64,000 nt of DNA from Chrysomallon squamiferum (GCA_012295275.1 CM022671.1:27032001-27096000); one strand, 5' to 3'; positions 22,167-44,460 are shown, numbered from the stretch's first letter. The notes: generated by a model not told the origin, from the sequence alone. Translations and numbers: made by a program.

Positions 22167-23488
22167 TCTGTATGTGACTGTGTGCGCGTGCGTGCGTGTG
22201 TTAAATTACTGTTACATGTAACAAGCATGCCACGGACGTAAGAAAAGTCCTGTTACTCAGACTTCAGTGCACATTCCGCATTGATCGGGAAGCAGGTTTC
22301 GTATTTAATAAGCTGTAAAGAATTTACAGTGAGTTACATAATTGACTGGACACATCTGGTATTATAGCGAGAAGTGAGCAAGGGAGAGACCGCTACCGTT
22401 GAGCCATTTTTTCAATAATTTATAAAATATTTAATTCACTTGTATTTATTTATTTTATTAATATTATTATTGGGGTTTTTTTTGGTGTTTTTTTTATTTC
22501 ATATTTCTTCATTTTCTTTTTGTTCTTCGTTTGAAATTAAAATAATTAAATAACAATAATTATAATAATTATTTTTTTTTTTTTTTTTTAAATTAAATAA
22601 TGAGTAATAATTATAAAATTAATTTCTTATAGCCAGGCATGAGAAAATAGAGAGAAAAAGGGACGAAATCAGTACGGTTCCTTCGCCTCTCCTACAGTAA
22701 CTAGATACAAAGGTAACAGAGAAAGATTAGAAAACTGTGTTAATCGAAACATTATAAGTATAAATAGATCCATGATGATGATGATGATGTAAAAAATGTA
22801 GAAAAGTAACAGATATATAATTAACACACATGTAAATAATTATATGTAATATTAGATATAACATACATGAAGAGGGTTGTTGTTTTATTTTGATCCCAAG
22901 TTGAAACTGTAATCCGAACGTTTATATTTTACCTGCTAAACGTCTTTAATATTTTTTTAGCTCGGCTGTTATTTACGTATGAATACAATAATTACTTATC
23001 TTATATTTCTTATTCGTTATGCAATTTAATTTCTGTGTTGAGGGTCACCACCCAAACCTGAAGAGTTGCCTCCCCCAATATCGAAATCTGGCCATAAGTG
23101 CAGGTAACCCATAGTGGTACATACCAAAAATTAATGATGACAGAAGTTTAATTAAAAAGTAAAAGCAAAACTACAACAACAACAAAAAAAAAAAAAAAAA
23201 AATAATATTAATTAATTAATTCAATAACTAACTAATTAATTAAATACTAATAAACAAATGAATAAAGATGCATGTCGTGCATACCCTCACTGGATCTGTT
23301 TGTAAATTTGTCAGGGAATATCATTTAAATATCATTTAAATATCAAGCTGATATCGATTTTCCAACAAACCAGAAAAGAGGTGATAACGAATTTACAGTA
23401 ACACTCGCGTTATCGATACTCCGAAATCGCGAAAGATAAGCAGAATATATGAGAAGTTAAGTCGGATAGATTATAGACACACAATACT

Positions 23489-29994
<6,506 letters not shown>

Positions 29995-30125
29995 ATTTAT
30001 TTATTTATTTATTTATTTATTTATTGCTCTTTTTCAGCCAAAGATATATATTTTACAGGGATCAAGTATCAAGTTTAATGAATCAGATGCCAAATATTTG
30101 CAGTTTTTATATTTAAGGATTTCCT

Positions 30126-30159
<34 letters not shown>

Positions 30160-33100
30160 ATTATGTTAATTTTTTTTTTTATATTCAGAGAAAAGAACCA
30201 ATAATAAAAAATAAAAAAATAATAACAATAACAAAAAAATAAATAAATATAAAATAATAATAATAAATACATAAAATAAATAAAAATAATTTATTTTGTA
30301 AAATAATAAATTAATAAATAACTTGATTAGAAAAAGAAGTTTTTTTTAAAAATAGTAACAATAAACTTTTCCAAAAAACTAATTATATTTGTAATATTTC
30401 TTTAACACTTTTATTATGATCAGGTGATTTTGAAAAGTTTAATTTTTCATTTATTTAAAAAAGTGTTCAAAGGCTGTTAGGTTACAAGACTTGTTTTAAG
30501 ATGTCAGAAAGGATTTCTAGTAAAGTGAATGAAGAAAAATACTGGGATGTATCTAAATGAGCTAGACAGATTATTTTCTTTATTTAAATTTCAACAAAAA
30601 CAATATATAACATTAGATGTGATCTTTATTAATAGATAAATAGCATCTCTTTGTACAGTCAAAAAAGAAAAAAAGTACTGACCATCATGAGATAATTATT
30701 TATTAAAAAAAAAAAAAAAAGTATCATGATGACTGTCTTACAAAACAAAACAAAGGCAAAACAAATACAAGATATAATTTGCAAGTGAAATTTTCAACTC
30801 TTGTATACTTCCCTACTGCTGTATATAGCACCAGTCTTGTCATTCCTTCCTGCATAATACCTCCTGTTGCCTAAAATACTTACTGTTTACAATTATAATT
30901 TGTTTCACAGTGAAAATTTCACTTCAGAAGCACTGTATCAAAAGTCTAAAGCACTATATGTGTTTATGTAATAAAAACAAATTCAAGATATGTTAGAAAA
31001 TTAAGCCCAAAATTTCTTTATTACAATCATTTATTTGTTAAATAACAAATATCTCAACAACAAAATGAAACTAATAATTAAAACCAAGAAATAGTTGTAA
31101 ATTGAGCATTATGTATCAGGCATACTGTTTATCATATTTCCATAATATCTATTTAAATTTTATTAAGAACTTATAAATAAATAATTAGAAAAGAAATTAA
31201 CAAACTTGACAAAAATAAATAAATGATTACATTATAACAAATAACATTTTTCTTTATAAAAATAAATACTGTTAACAGTTTTGTTATAACATATGTATAA
31301 ACATCTTGTCTATGGGTAATCATAACAGACGTCATAGTAATAGAAACAAAAATATGACGCTATAGGTTTCACCTTTATTATTTTACTTTTATTTTTCTTA
31401 AAAACTGTTGAATTACATAAAAAAAAAATATTCTTAAAACTATTTCTAAACGTAATTTTTAATATTTTTTCTTTTAATTCAATTCTTTATTAATAATAAA
31501 TAATAATTAATAGTAATATCTTTTCACTCATTTCCCTTTTTTAAGGGTTAGAATATCAAACAAACATTTGGTTAAACCATTGCCTAGCCTAATAAAATGT
31601 TCTCAACTAACTGTAAATATATGAAATGATTTTTTATTTTTATTTTAATATACATTATCTGTAAATAAAAAAGCCATATTACATATCCACCGCAAAGCTC
31701 AAGCATAGGACTAATACTTTAATATTATATGTAACTGATATTTACATCACAAATAGCAACACATCTAACTCTTAAAAAAATGTAATAATTAAAACAGAAG
31801 TCCAAAATAAAAGGTTTTGTAACATCATGGCATATTATGTTAGAAGAAATGTATATAAATAAAAAGAAAAAAGGTAAAAAGGTTTTAACTACCATTGCTG
31901 TATTGGAAAAGGATTTTTTTTTTTTTAAAGTATAGACATAATTAAGTTAGTTTTGCAATAACATTGATTTTAACAGAAAATTATAGTAATTTAAAAAAAA
32001 ATTCTTACATGTCAATCTATTATTTATTTTCTTTTTCAAATTAGAAAAATGTAGATAATGGGTGAAAAAGTTGAAAAATATATGATCATTAAACAATATT
32101 GAGGTACTAATATCATTTATATAATTAAAAGTAACTACATTACGTGTACATTTGTTGAAGCTTATAACGTTTATGAATTATATTATTTAACTACCAGTAA
32201 AAAGCATTTCTTAATAAGAAAGGTATGTACTAAAGCAATACTGTAAAATAACAAAAATATCCCGTCTAAAGAAAATACTCAACTATTTATTTTACTCATA
32301 TTTTTAGAACAAGAGTATACAGTACTATTTAAATAAGAGATCAGATGATAAGATATGTAATATAAACAAGCTGAACATTAACCCATAAATTTATAGTAAT
32401 GAATAATGCATAAGCACATTCATAGAATTGAAACCAAATTAAGAGATTCATGATTCTTAATAGCAATTATTTATATAAAGTCCTCATAATTTTTTTGTAC
32501 TTGATTCATACTATACATCAGCTGATATTACATTTCACATCAGTTAGGCAGACAATTAGTTGCAGTTATATTAGTTTTTATCATATTTTGCAGAAGGGAA
32601 AATATGCATGATATATTTGCTAGATATCATTATTGGAATCCAAAAATTTATTTAAAAAACCACACTTACCAATCAGACACACACACACACACAAACAAAA
32701 CAGCAAAAACATATTCACAATCACATGCACAAGAAAACAACTGACCTGTCAAATGTACTCTCAAAAACACACCTTTGCATTGTTGTCAGAAATACAGTTT
32801 TAACAGAAATACTTCACTGAAATGGTTTATTTCAAGTCTTGATGAGAATGACTAAAAGACTATTATACGATGGGTCAGATCTTGTGCTAATTGTAACTTC
32901 TTGTTTTCATCTTTTCTTTAGTTTAATCCACAGTACATGTTCTCAAAAAAAGAACAGTTTTATGCCACAATCACTAACATGAAAAGTAAAGCACTAAAAT
33001 AATCTTATGTAAAAGGTAAAATAACAGCACTAATTTAAATATACTAATAAATAGATTAAATGTAATTGCTAAAAAAAAAAGACAATTTGTTTCTTATCAA

Positions 33101-33454
33101 AATAATATCCTAGTATTATCTTCTAATGAAAACCAGTTACATGTATAAACTTTTGAAATTACATTTAAAAAAAACAGCACTATTCAAGAATTTTAAGAAA
33201 ACCCACACTGTTTAAAAAATAATTAACCATTAATATGATAAGTGGCTCACGGAATTTTACCAGGGGAACAATTTTTCTTTTTTCTTCAAAACTACCATAA
33301 CTTACAACAAAAAAAGCAATGCACAATGCAGACTTAGATCTGAAATTTCCTCCAAAGGATAAAATATCTAAAAAGACTGAATCCACTTAAAAGAGGTTAT
33401 TAAAGAAAGACAGATTTGAAAAACTCTCAGAGAATGTTATGTTGATGGATTAAT

Positions 33455-36400
33455 TCACAGTTTCTGAAGGTCTTTGTACTTGAGAAATTCTTTCACCCGG
33501 AGTGGAACGTGCAGATGATCAACCATCTGAGTTGTGACAATTTTACGTATGTTTGTTCGACAAAGATGCTGCAGACTGTTGATTGTCGTTGGACTTGTGT
33601 AGAAATCAACAGAACCATCCCGGCACCTGTGACAAAAAAGTGTACACTGTATAAATATTTCTTCTTTTACCGCTTTTCCTTTCATGCTGTTTGAGAAAAA
33701 GTAAGGATAACAAAATTGTGAAAGAAAGGCGAAAAAGAAATGACAAAAACCCTATATCAGCAAAACTACTTCTCAGGAATAACTTTTTGGGGGTCTTTTT
33801 AAAAACAACCAAAATGTATTTTATGTCTATAGCACTGGCAAAACACAAAGAGTGGAATTATTTATGTGAACAGATTAATAATTTTAAAACCATATCTCAC
33901 AGAGTTGAAATTTCATTTTCCATCAAATAACTGAAAATCCATTTGACTATTATTTCACAATAAAATTTTTTTTTGACTGTTTCTATTTATGTTCACTTAC
34001 CCAACTGCAACCAGTGCACCATCAGGTGAATACCTACAGCACAAAGCACTATGATTCTCGGCTATTGTTTCAGGATCTCCATCATGCCACAAACGCCAAA
34101 ATCTCACGTACCTAAAACAATACAAAAACATTTATAATGTTTAAACCAACTGTATATGTGCAAAGTTTATGCAGATAAACTTTACATTCTTACTTGTATC
34201 ATTATAAACAAGGAATGGTCAAATTACTGTGCTTAATAAATTAAAAAACGCTTACCCATCATCTGCAACAGTTACAACATGGGTTGTATTGCAGCTGAAT
34301 GAAACACTCCGCACAAAATGATCATTTGCACCACTTGCATAGATCAGACGTGGAGGAGGGAATAAATGACTGAAAAGAGACAATAAAAGATTTTTAAAAA
34401 ATTTTATGATAGGATTTCATTACCGTATAGACTTGTGTATAAGTCAAATTTTGGGAGACTATATTAAGGTAATATTTTGGGGGTCGACTTATACATAGGT
34501 AATGCTTTTGTAGCTGTTGCTGAAGAGTCGCCATTTTGACTATTTTTTTGCTACGGGATGCATCTAAAATAATCGCGGTCTTTCAGCTTTTCAAAAATAG
34601 AATTTTATCGTATAAATTTTTTTTGAAAAATTAAATAACAAAACCAAATATGAATGTAAAACATGATATTCTTCTGTTTAATGACATAAAAATACATTTT
34701 AAAGTGAGAAAACCGTCAGTACAGCGTTATGCCTTATGGCGTCTTGCAATGATCTAGGAATGCAGACTTCTCTGCCAAATTGCACTAAATATCGGTCCTA
34801 ATTTCATAAACAAAACTCACTTGTTTAATTGTAAAGAATTTGGTGAAATAATATTGCAATCGTCATTAATATCCACTACCGACAAATTTTGTAAATCATA
34901 GAATGGCTAAATATAACGGTAAGTTAGGTCTCCATGTTAGACCTATTACATTAAAGAGATACTATTTATGATACATTTAGGCTATAGCTCGTGTAATACA
35001 TCATTTACGTTATTATGGTATGTTCGTGCAAGTTATGTTACAGTAGGCGTACAATGGAGGCCTTCATGGCACTGTCACACTGGTCTAAAAATAGTGACGG
35101 TGCCTGGAATCTACAGTCGACTTATACACAAGTAATACCTAAAATGACGCAATTTTTGGTCTTAAAATACACATCGACTTATACATAAGGTTGCCTTGTA
35201 CACAAGTATATACGGTACTTTATTTTAAAAATGATCATTGTATAATAAAATTAATAGAATTTTAACCAAATATCCATAAAATAACTTGTACGAAAAATAA
35301 TTCATCAACAATTTCAACAAAGGTAAAAGAATTTAAAATTTCAAATATAAAATTCTCTGCATCTACATTTACAGAACATTACACCTAACTGAGCAAAAAA
35401 ATAAAAGAAACAAAATTGTAATAAAAAAAATAATAAATAAAAAAATAAAAAATAAATAAATTATATAAATAAAACAAATGAATTTTTCATTAAAATAACA
35501 AATAACATAACATAACATAGCATAACACAAAACAAAACATTTGGTAATAAGAACTTACTTTAAATCACAAATAGCATCACCGGTATCTGTGTCCCAGATT
35601 ATCACTCTGGTGTCGTATGAAGCTGTGGCAAGAAGTGCCCCATCTTTTGAGAAATCACAGCTCACAACATTATGATGATGTCCCACCAGCTTCCTTGGTT
35701 CTTCTGATAAGCTGTCAATGTCTTCTGCTTTATAAAGCATAACCTGCAACGTATTTTAAAGAGGAGTTGTAAAACATTAAAACAGTATATGCTGATAATT
35801 TTCTAAAACATTCTAAAATAGAACCTCTGCAAATTAATATTTCCTGATCATTGTATGTAACGCTGGCCAGAAATATTAAAACAATTAAAAACTTCAGATC
35901 AAGACAAAACTGACTGCTTCATTTTTCTGAGAAAAATACTTGGGTGAAAAAGAAGTTTTGAACAAAATTTTACATGAAAGCAGTGTTGAACATTGTGATT
36001 ATTTCCAGGAATTCGTGGTAATTTTTAACAGCATAAATTAGTGAGCAAACAAATGTAAAACTTAATCTATTAACTTTTTCAATTAAAAAAGATGAGTATA
36101 TATTTCAGTCAGTATACCAAATAAAACTTTTGTCTCCAAGTCTAATTTTACATTATAATTTATATTGTCTTACGAAAGTCAACAAATTTATGAATTTGTC
36201 TAAAATAATGTCTGAATTAGTTTCTTTAAGATCAGAGTTTAGAACTTACAACTGAAACTGTATTACACATACATTTAATTAAGTAACAATATGGTTGTAT
36301 TAGTCTCTGTATTCCAAAGTAGGTATGTTCTGAAAACTACAATGTTACTTACACATTTACAGTCTCCCACACAAGCTAAATACTTTTTCTTGTAGGACCA

Positions 36401-39400
36401 GCGACAACCATAAGCCATTTGACATTTTGGCCTGATTGTGTGATACATGTTGCCATCCATATGCATATCCCACAGTTTGATCGAGCCATCCCTTGATGCA
36501 CTTGCTAGATGGAGGTTTCCATCTGGTGCAAAGTCAAGATCGCGGATAACATCTTTGTGGTCCAAGAGCTCCATTAACAACTGACCTGAAACGATATCAA
36601 AATTACAGACTAGTAAATTGGAAAATTAAAATGTCTGTGTAAACAGTGGATGAATAATAATTAAAGATATAAAAAAACCACAGCACAATTCAGTTGGTAA
36701 ATTAATTCACTTCTCTTTATGAATAATGATGAGTTTGTTCTCAATCAATGTAACAAAAACTAGGAAACTAGGACTGGATAAAATCACTGTGTTTGTTGTA
36801 ATTTTACACACTGTTTAAAGGAAACAGAATACATTATTTTGATTTATTATGGGTAGTGGTTTTACAATTATAGTTTGCAGAATCACATATCTCATCTACA
36901 AGAAATTAATACTATGTACATTAATTTGGACCTTGTTAATGTTGATTCACCCATATTTAATTATGCTGTATCTATCCTGTTTACCTGCAGCACAGTTCCA
37001 TATCTTGATTTTACCAGACTGAAGTCCTACAGCCAGTATCAAACCCCCATTGAAATTGAAACGAGTCCATACTTTGGCAGATTTGTTTGTCTTCTCTTTG
37101 TTGGCGCTAGAACCAAATGCCAAGGAATAGACAGCTTCTCCACAATCAATAATAACAGGCAGCTGAACATCTTCTGCACCATTGACTCTATATCAAAAAA
37201 AATATATATATTTGAAACTATATTAAAAATATTTATTAGATGGTTAATTCAGTACCTAAGATTCAATAATCTATCCAGAACATAACTATTTTCTATTCAG
37301 GATATTTCAGATAAACTCGTACCTTGAATTATTTTTGTGTCTGAGCCATGGTACAAGCTGCACTTTGCGATTACCACATGACCAAGCAAAGCATGAATAA
37401 TCTGGAGCCCATGCTGTGGAGCGTGCCTCTAGGCATGATGTGAAATTGGCCTGTCCACTGTATGGAGACTGAAGATGATGGACAACATTGGCACTCTCTG
37501 CAATCAAAAATAAAAAACAATTAGTTTTAATATTATTATTATTTTATTTGTTCAGATAATATGCTAAACAAATGCTTTTAAATACATATAAATATGGAAT
37601 ATGTTTAACTTCTTTGTGCATTAGTCAGCAAGTAAAATACTAATATTAATAAGCATCTGAAACGTAGCATTCTAACATTTAATATACTTACATTAAACTA
37701 AATGTCTGTTCATATATGAGATTTACAATTTTATGTCAGTTGTTTTTCAAGAGAGAATGTTGTTGTTTTTGATGCTTTATATTAACAAAAATATATAACT
37801 GTTACTGAAAAGAAATGAATGACAATTTAAATATGTCCAATTAAATTAGCAAGTCAAATAATGTAAAAACAGTACACAACTTGTAGTAAAACAGATACAA
37901 TATTCTGCATTAATAATAAAGGGAAGTAACCCATGTAACAGTTGTTTTTAAACATTTATCCAAAAATAAACTGTAATATTCACATATATATATAAATTCA
38001 TCCAATAATGAGCAGCAAGAACTACTAGTATGTAACAATAATAGATTTCAGACAGTCCATTTCAAACAAGCATTAGTAACAGATTTTATCACATAAGGAT
38101 TTTGTAAATTGTAAATTAAACAAATTAAATGATATTTATGCAACAATTTATAGGCAGAAATAGTGGATTTCAATAATCAGTAATAGAATTTAGTATATTT
38201 GTTTATTTCCTTTTTATAAATCTAATTGATATCTTTTCTTCTTTTTTTTTTAAAGTTGCATTGACTGCTTTTTCTAAATAATAGTAATTTTTGTTCAGTA
38301 ATTATTTACTTTTTATTCTTTTTTTTCTAAGTTGAAAAACATATGAATTTAAAAAAGGAAAAGATTTTTTTCTTTGAAACCACTGACTGTTTCGTCAATA
38401 TTTTCATATTTTCACAGCTACACAAAATGAGATAAACAGTTACTGCCACTTCAGGTAAGTATTTATATAAAGGATTTTTCACAATAATCATATCAAGATA
38501 TATGTACATGGAAATAATTAAAGATAAAAATGATACTACTGTAACTATTAATATAATTGGGAAATATATTCATCAGAAATGATATACAATAAGATCTAAG
38601 GATCCTTACAAACATATTTATTTTCAGAGAGCTCAGGGATAAATAAAAAGAATAATACTTGAATTTTATTTTTAAATGTTTCATTATCTGTTTTTTGAGA
38701 ATAATTTTGTTTTAGTTTAAAAATGACCTGTTAATGACAATATACATTCCACAGATTTTCAACTGAGAAAGATATTATATAAATTTGATGTTTTTTTTTA
38801 AAGTTTTCTTTTCAAACAGCTGATTAACAGGCCTTGTTTTGAAAAGTCCTTGCACTGCACATGAGCTAACCTGCTCCATCAATATATAATGTCTGTATCC
38901 AATAGTGAACCTGATACCCTGGCTTGTCTGAAGAGGCAGACCCAACTTTCACTTTCAGTTGAGCATTCTGAAAACTGGGTGTCAGGAAATACTGAAATCA
39001 AACAAAGCCAAACCAAAAAACAAACTAATGCATGTTAATATAACTTCCCTCAAAATATATATATATATATATTTCTTTTTTTGTTTTTTTTTAAAATAAA
39101 TCTAAAATAACAATAAAAATATTATGATCATTTTCATTATAAATGAAAATGATTTTTAAAAATACAAATAAACTTTCTGAAAACTGAAAATGAAATAATA
39201 TAATTAAATAATCTAGATTTTAAAAATACTAACAACTAAAATGAATACAGTAATTATATATATTTTTCATTAGCTCACACACACAAACACTAATAAAAAT
39301 TAAAAACATTAAAGAAATATATATGTTTCAGGAACAAAGTTTATTATATATGAATATTAACCAGTTTATCACTTGAAATGTGCTGATGTTTTTCTTACTA

Positions 39401-41418
39401 ATTCATTTTATTCAATACTTTCCTTTCTTGCTGTCTTTGCATCACTTAACTTTACGGATGAAAGAAAAGTAGGTTACTGTGACTTATTATGTACAATATT
39501 TATCCAGTCATGGGCTCTGTAAAACCAATCCCAAATCTCAACATACAATAACAGTGACCTGAATTTCTTTAAATGGATTTCGGTAAAAAGTCAGTGATGC
39601 TTGAAAAATAAAACAGTCAAACATCTATTGTGTGTTAACATAGGACATCTACCTGACTATCAGCAGATACCAATTCACCATGAATTGAACATTATATATG
39701 ATCAATTAAATAAAGTAGCTACCTTACTTATAGTTGTCACTAAACTTTTATATTAATTTATTAATGCATGAAACCTAACCAATGGCAATATATAAACATG
39801 ACTACTAAAGAATAAAGACTGTCTTAATTTTAGTCCCTCGTGCACAGATTTTGTTACCACTATCAAAGAACATTGACCTGTAATTTAATAATACTTGTAT
39901 TTATGTACAATTATATTCCATAACAGTATACACTTTACATGTATAACAAATGGCTATTCTTGAGATTGTTTTATTATTATTATTGTTGTTGTTGTTGTTT
40001 GTTTTTTTTGTATGATGATTTAAAATAAAGGTTACACATAATTTGAAAAGAATTATATTTTTTTGTTGTTGTTGTTGTTCTTGATAATTCATTGTTACTT
40101 TTATTTTTATAAATAAAAATGTTATTAAACAACAGATTATTAGATTTTAAATAATAGAATTAATAATGAACTAATACTATGTTGTTTTTTTTTTTTTTTT
40201 TTTTTGATGTATATTCAAACTGAATACTATATATTTTCAAAATGTAAACAAATAATATTTTATGCTTGCTTAAACTAAAAAAGGTAAAGATGTTGTTTGA
40301 AAAATAATATGGGAATAATCTAAATATCTATTATTTTGATTTCTGTTACCAGTGGTGAGAACTTTGTAATACTGTAATTTTAAACTGTTTAAATTGGATT
40401 TTGTTATTTATAATAATAAATATCTGTAATATCTGACATAGTTATTACAAACTTATAAAGAAAATGTCTTCTAAATCAACAACTAATTATTTTAAAAATT
40501 CATTTCCATAATTTTGATTAAGGAAAGACAACTGATGAAATGAAAAGATATGAGAAAAATACATTTATGAATTATTCTATATATAATGAAATTTAAGCTG
40601 CTTTCAGATTATTAAATTAATGCACACATAAATATTTACACTGATTATAATGCAGCTATCAATTTGTAATAATTAATGCCAACAAAATGGACTAATGTTC
40701 TAAACCCCTGATTCTGCGAGAACCTCGTTCAATCAATGTTTCTGACAACCTTTTAAATTATTTCATTAATAATACTGATATTAATGTCATTAACAAACGG
40801 GGTTGACTTAAGTAATCTACCGAAGAATACAATTCAACCTTTCTCAATAATAATATTGTAACATTTTATTTTTGATTTTGACTGTAATAAAATTGACATT
40901 TGTCATTTTTAGTTAATAGCTCCAAAGCTTTTTGAGGGATGATGACATTAAATATCATATCTTCAAATAATTAACAATAAAATATTCAACTCTAAAGTCG
41001 GGAAAAGAATGGAAGACTGTATTTTACGATTTACGTGCTATTCTGCAACTTCAGTGGTGAATTGTAGTACATGTAACGTAAGCGACTGAAGTATCAGTCT
41101 ATTTTTATTTACAATTTTTTTTTTTTTTTTTTTTTTTTTCTTCCCCCCCCCCCCAGGAAAATATCTGTGTAGTCCAACAAGTGACAGTAATTATTACAAA
41201 TGATTATTTCAAACAAAACTGTTTCAAATATCTGTACATACCATAAAACATGATAGTGATACATGACGCCTGGCATGTTTACAAATGGTGGCACACATTT
41301 ACCATGTAATTTTAATATAAATTATTCTGTTTTGTTTATCTATTATTTGTAATTTATGCTTACCTATTTCTTCAGGCCTCAAAAAGTGAAAGCTGTTTGA
41401 CTGAGCTTGACTTCTCAT
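33455..41418 (-). CDS. WSB1: WD-repeat and SOCS-box protein (WSB1/2-like), 8 coding exons
   Basis: Exons (minus) 41418-41364, 37497-37323, 37187-36985, 36585-36353, 35743-35559, 34369-34256, 34111-34001, 33626-33455, GT-AG and phase-consistent. Motifs AWAPDYSCFAWSCG, IDCGEAVYSLAFG, LLDHKDVIRDLDFAPDG, GHHHNVVSCDFS, HLFPPPRLIYASGAND and SOCS box SLQHLCR...LHVPLRVKEFL. The first exon is the least certain. Confidence 0.92.
34423..35215. mobile_element. 793-bp non-autonomous Tc1/mariner-pogo(Tc2)-type DNA transposon in WSB1 intron 5
   Basis: TA TSD at 34421-34422 and 35216-35217; TIRs ccgtatagacttgtgtataagtcaa / ttgccttgtacacaagtatatacgg; subterminal tcgacttataca repeats; no ORF. Confidence 0.85.
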
Positions 41419-41804
41419 TTAATTTAAATTATTAGTCCATTAACTATATAAAATGTGTTGCTTAAAACAATCGTCGAATCCAACAACAACACGCCTGTCT
41501 TCTCAAAGAGAAGTCATATATTCACAAACTGGAAATACTGCTTCCAAGTTGATTGATCCGACTATTTAAAACAACAAAATAACTCGAAAACGAACAAATC
41601 TAAACACTTGACTGAATTACAGACAGCGAAACACTTTTCAACTCATCGACACCTCACCAGGTCGGTGAAACAAATGGCATTTGCACACGACGTCTGGCAT
41701 AGAGAAACCTTGGAAGAATGACCTAATTAAGACTTGGTTAGGCCATCTACTATACGTTGTTATATTTTACGGAAACAACCGAAGGGTCGCAATACAACAT
41801 GTCT

Positions 41805-41905
41805 CTTCCGATTGGATAAGTTTGTCACACCCTTAGAAATCTGTTTTTGATCAGGTTGTTTATGCTTTACTCTGATCCCATTGGATAGTTAATCACACAC
41901 CCCAA
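41805..41905 (-). promoter_or_regulatory. Putative WSB1 promoter with two CCAAT boxes
   Basis: attgg at 41811 and 41880 (CCAAT on the minus strand), both in similar attggata..gtt..tcacac contexts, ~400 bp upstream of the ATG in a locally CpG-richer stretch. Confidence 0.45.
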
Positions 41906-43754
41906 CAGAGATACGGATACATTCATTAAAGGGATACCCTTATTGATAACTGAAACTTAATATTTTACTTTCATAAAAATTAATTTTGCTTAAAACTGTT
42001 CACTGTAAAAACTAAAAATTTAGTATCTGATGGGAGCAGTTAATAATAATAAGAAATATCATTAAAAGTATTTTATCTTTAAATATAATTGAAATAACTA
42101 TCATGAGAGAAGGCTTATATATATATATATATATAAAACTGAGTTATTTATATAGTATATGTTTGTTGCATATGTGAGGAATTCAACTAAAACACTCAGC
42201 ATCATATTTTATTATACTGAACATACATTACACACCACTAAGGTTCATTTCTCTTTATTAAGACTTGGAAATTACTCCCAGACACTTTGGGCATTAACAC
42301 GTGGTAAATATTACCATAACATAATAGTCCTCCAGTACTAGTCAGGTGTGTGTGATGTTATCGGCGTGACTGGAATGAAAGATAGTACACGGAAAGAGAG
42401 AGAATATCTGACAAGAGAGAAAGGCGTTTAGGGCCAACTCTACACATTATATACACTGTGTATTTTAAATGTATATTCAACTTATAAAATTTTGTAGAAA
42501 ACAAAAATTATTTTATTAGTATTTACATAATAATAATAATAATAATTATAATAATTATGAATTATAAAATTTGGGAGACATGAACAAAGGAATCTTTTTA
42601 ACATACTTTTATAATTTTATGATTAGAAATTACATTCTTCTGTGACTATAAATAACCCTGATGGTTAATCTGGTAAATCAATCAAGCAGCTATGGCTGGA
42701 ATGGGAAATAGCAAAAAAAGATGGAACATTGCGTCTTTTCACATTTTGAACCATGAGTATCAAGGTCAAGAGATTAACTTTGTGCTGAATATTTTCTTAG
42801 TACATTTACTCTGCATACAAAATACCTTGACCTCCTTATTTCAAAAGTAGCACAGAGACCGTGTCACCGATTGTATTATCAGACGAGAAACAAAGCCTAT
42901 GTAGAGTTAAAGATAATGGAATTACTGATACATTAATGAAGTTAGATCAGTTTAATTCATACTGATGGAAATAAACGGATTGTTTTATTCACCCATATAG
43001 ATATCACAAAGCTAGATGATACAGATTAACAGGTGGAATTTAAACAAGAACCGTTGATGTTAAGATAATTATGTACGTATTTGACCTTCAAAAGGAAACA
43101 ATTGCTCAGAAGAGCAAAATTATCTTGATAAATCTAAGATTATCTTGATTATTTTTTTCTTTAAAGGAATATTATGTGTGCGTAATTAAAATTTTAATCT
43201 CATACTTGTTCATATAAAAAAATAATTAATATAAATAGGATGTTGACACAGGACAGTAAACACATGGCTTTATTATTTCTTTTAAATATGGAGACTAGTT
43301 AGTTGAGTTAACTGCTGCATATCAAAACCAAGGCCTCGGGAAATCTATAAATCATTAAAACAGGTTTCACACATGAACTGATAAAAACAGATGAGTTATT
43401 TTTATTTATAATTGCATCAGCATGACTCTATAGACCTGAGGTATTACGTGTTCTATATGCAGGTTTGTCATTTAATACATTTGGACAATAGTTTAGCCTA
43501 CTTGATTAGGTCCATTATTGTATGTAGTTAATAAGAGATAAATACAGAATTGTATAATGAAGTCTGAGTTTGTACTTATGAGAGGCTTATGTGTAAATAT
43601 TGCCCTGATGTGAGAAGTTTTATCTCTACACAGCAAAAAAAAAAAACCTGCTGAAATTTACTGAGAATGTTTCTATCATCGGTGGTATCTGGGTGCGTGT
43701 GTGGGTGTGGATGTATTTATGTGACTGTTTTGTTTGTTAATACTGGAGATTTTG

Positions 43755-43808
<54 letters not shown>

Positions 43809-44030
43809 GACGCATATTTGTAAAAATGAAAATACGATTGTATGTTTAAATATATCAATTTAGATTAATTTCATATATGATTTAAGAAAATATAACAGAT
43901 AAATTAGTTATTTTTATATCAGGATTTATAATTATAACTATATACAAGACATTTAAGAAATTTTCAGCTTGTAATTATGGAAACGAATAGTATCCATGAA
44001 TGATTTTATAATAGACTGGTATTTGACTTC

Positions 44031-44199
44031 ATTTTAAACTTGTTTACAAGTCCATGATATTAACCGTTTTTATGGAAAACGGAACAAGAATGACTAGATA
44101 TAATTATTGCTTGTGGAATCTGGTAACTCAATGTATATATGTGTGTTCCACTTTCCATAAAAATGGTTAATGTCAGAGACTTGTAAACAAGTTTAAAAT
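44031..44199. mobile_element. ~170-bp foldback/MITE-like inverted repeat
   Basis: attttaaacttgtttacaagtc...ttaaccgtttttatggaaa pairs with tttccataaaaatggttaa...gacttgtaaacaagtttaaaat (arms ~48 bp). Confidence 0.7.
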
Positions 44200-44460
44200 A
44201 TAATATTATATATATATATATATTTATTTAAAGACTGATGAATATATATATATATATATGATTATATTTAAAGACTGATGAATATGTAACCTAGAAAATA
44301 TAATGTCACAATGTTCTATTGCTGGCTGTGTTGAGAAATGTAAACTAATATGGGATTATGTTAATGTTAAATAAAGAATCTTCCTGTATTACTTTGAATT
44401 GTTTAATCAAAAACAGATGTATGTGCTAAAAGAAAATTTAAGTAATGAGTTAAAAAAAAA

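Noticed and set aside
22200-22410. Possible tRNA-derived SINE on the minus strand (A-box-like tggctcaacggtagcg at 22391-22406)
   Set aside because: No B box at a suitable distance, no tail or TSD recognisable.
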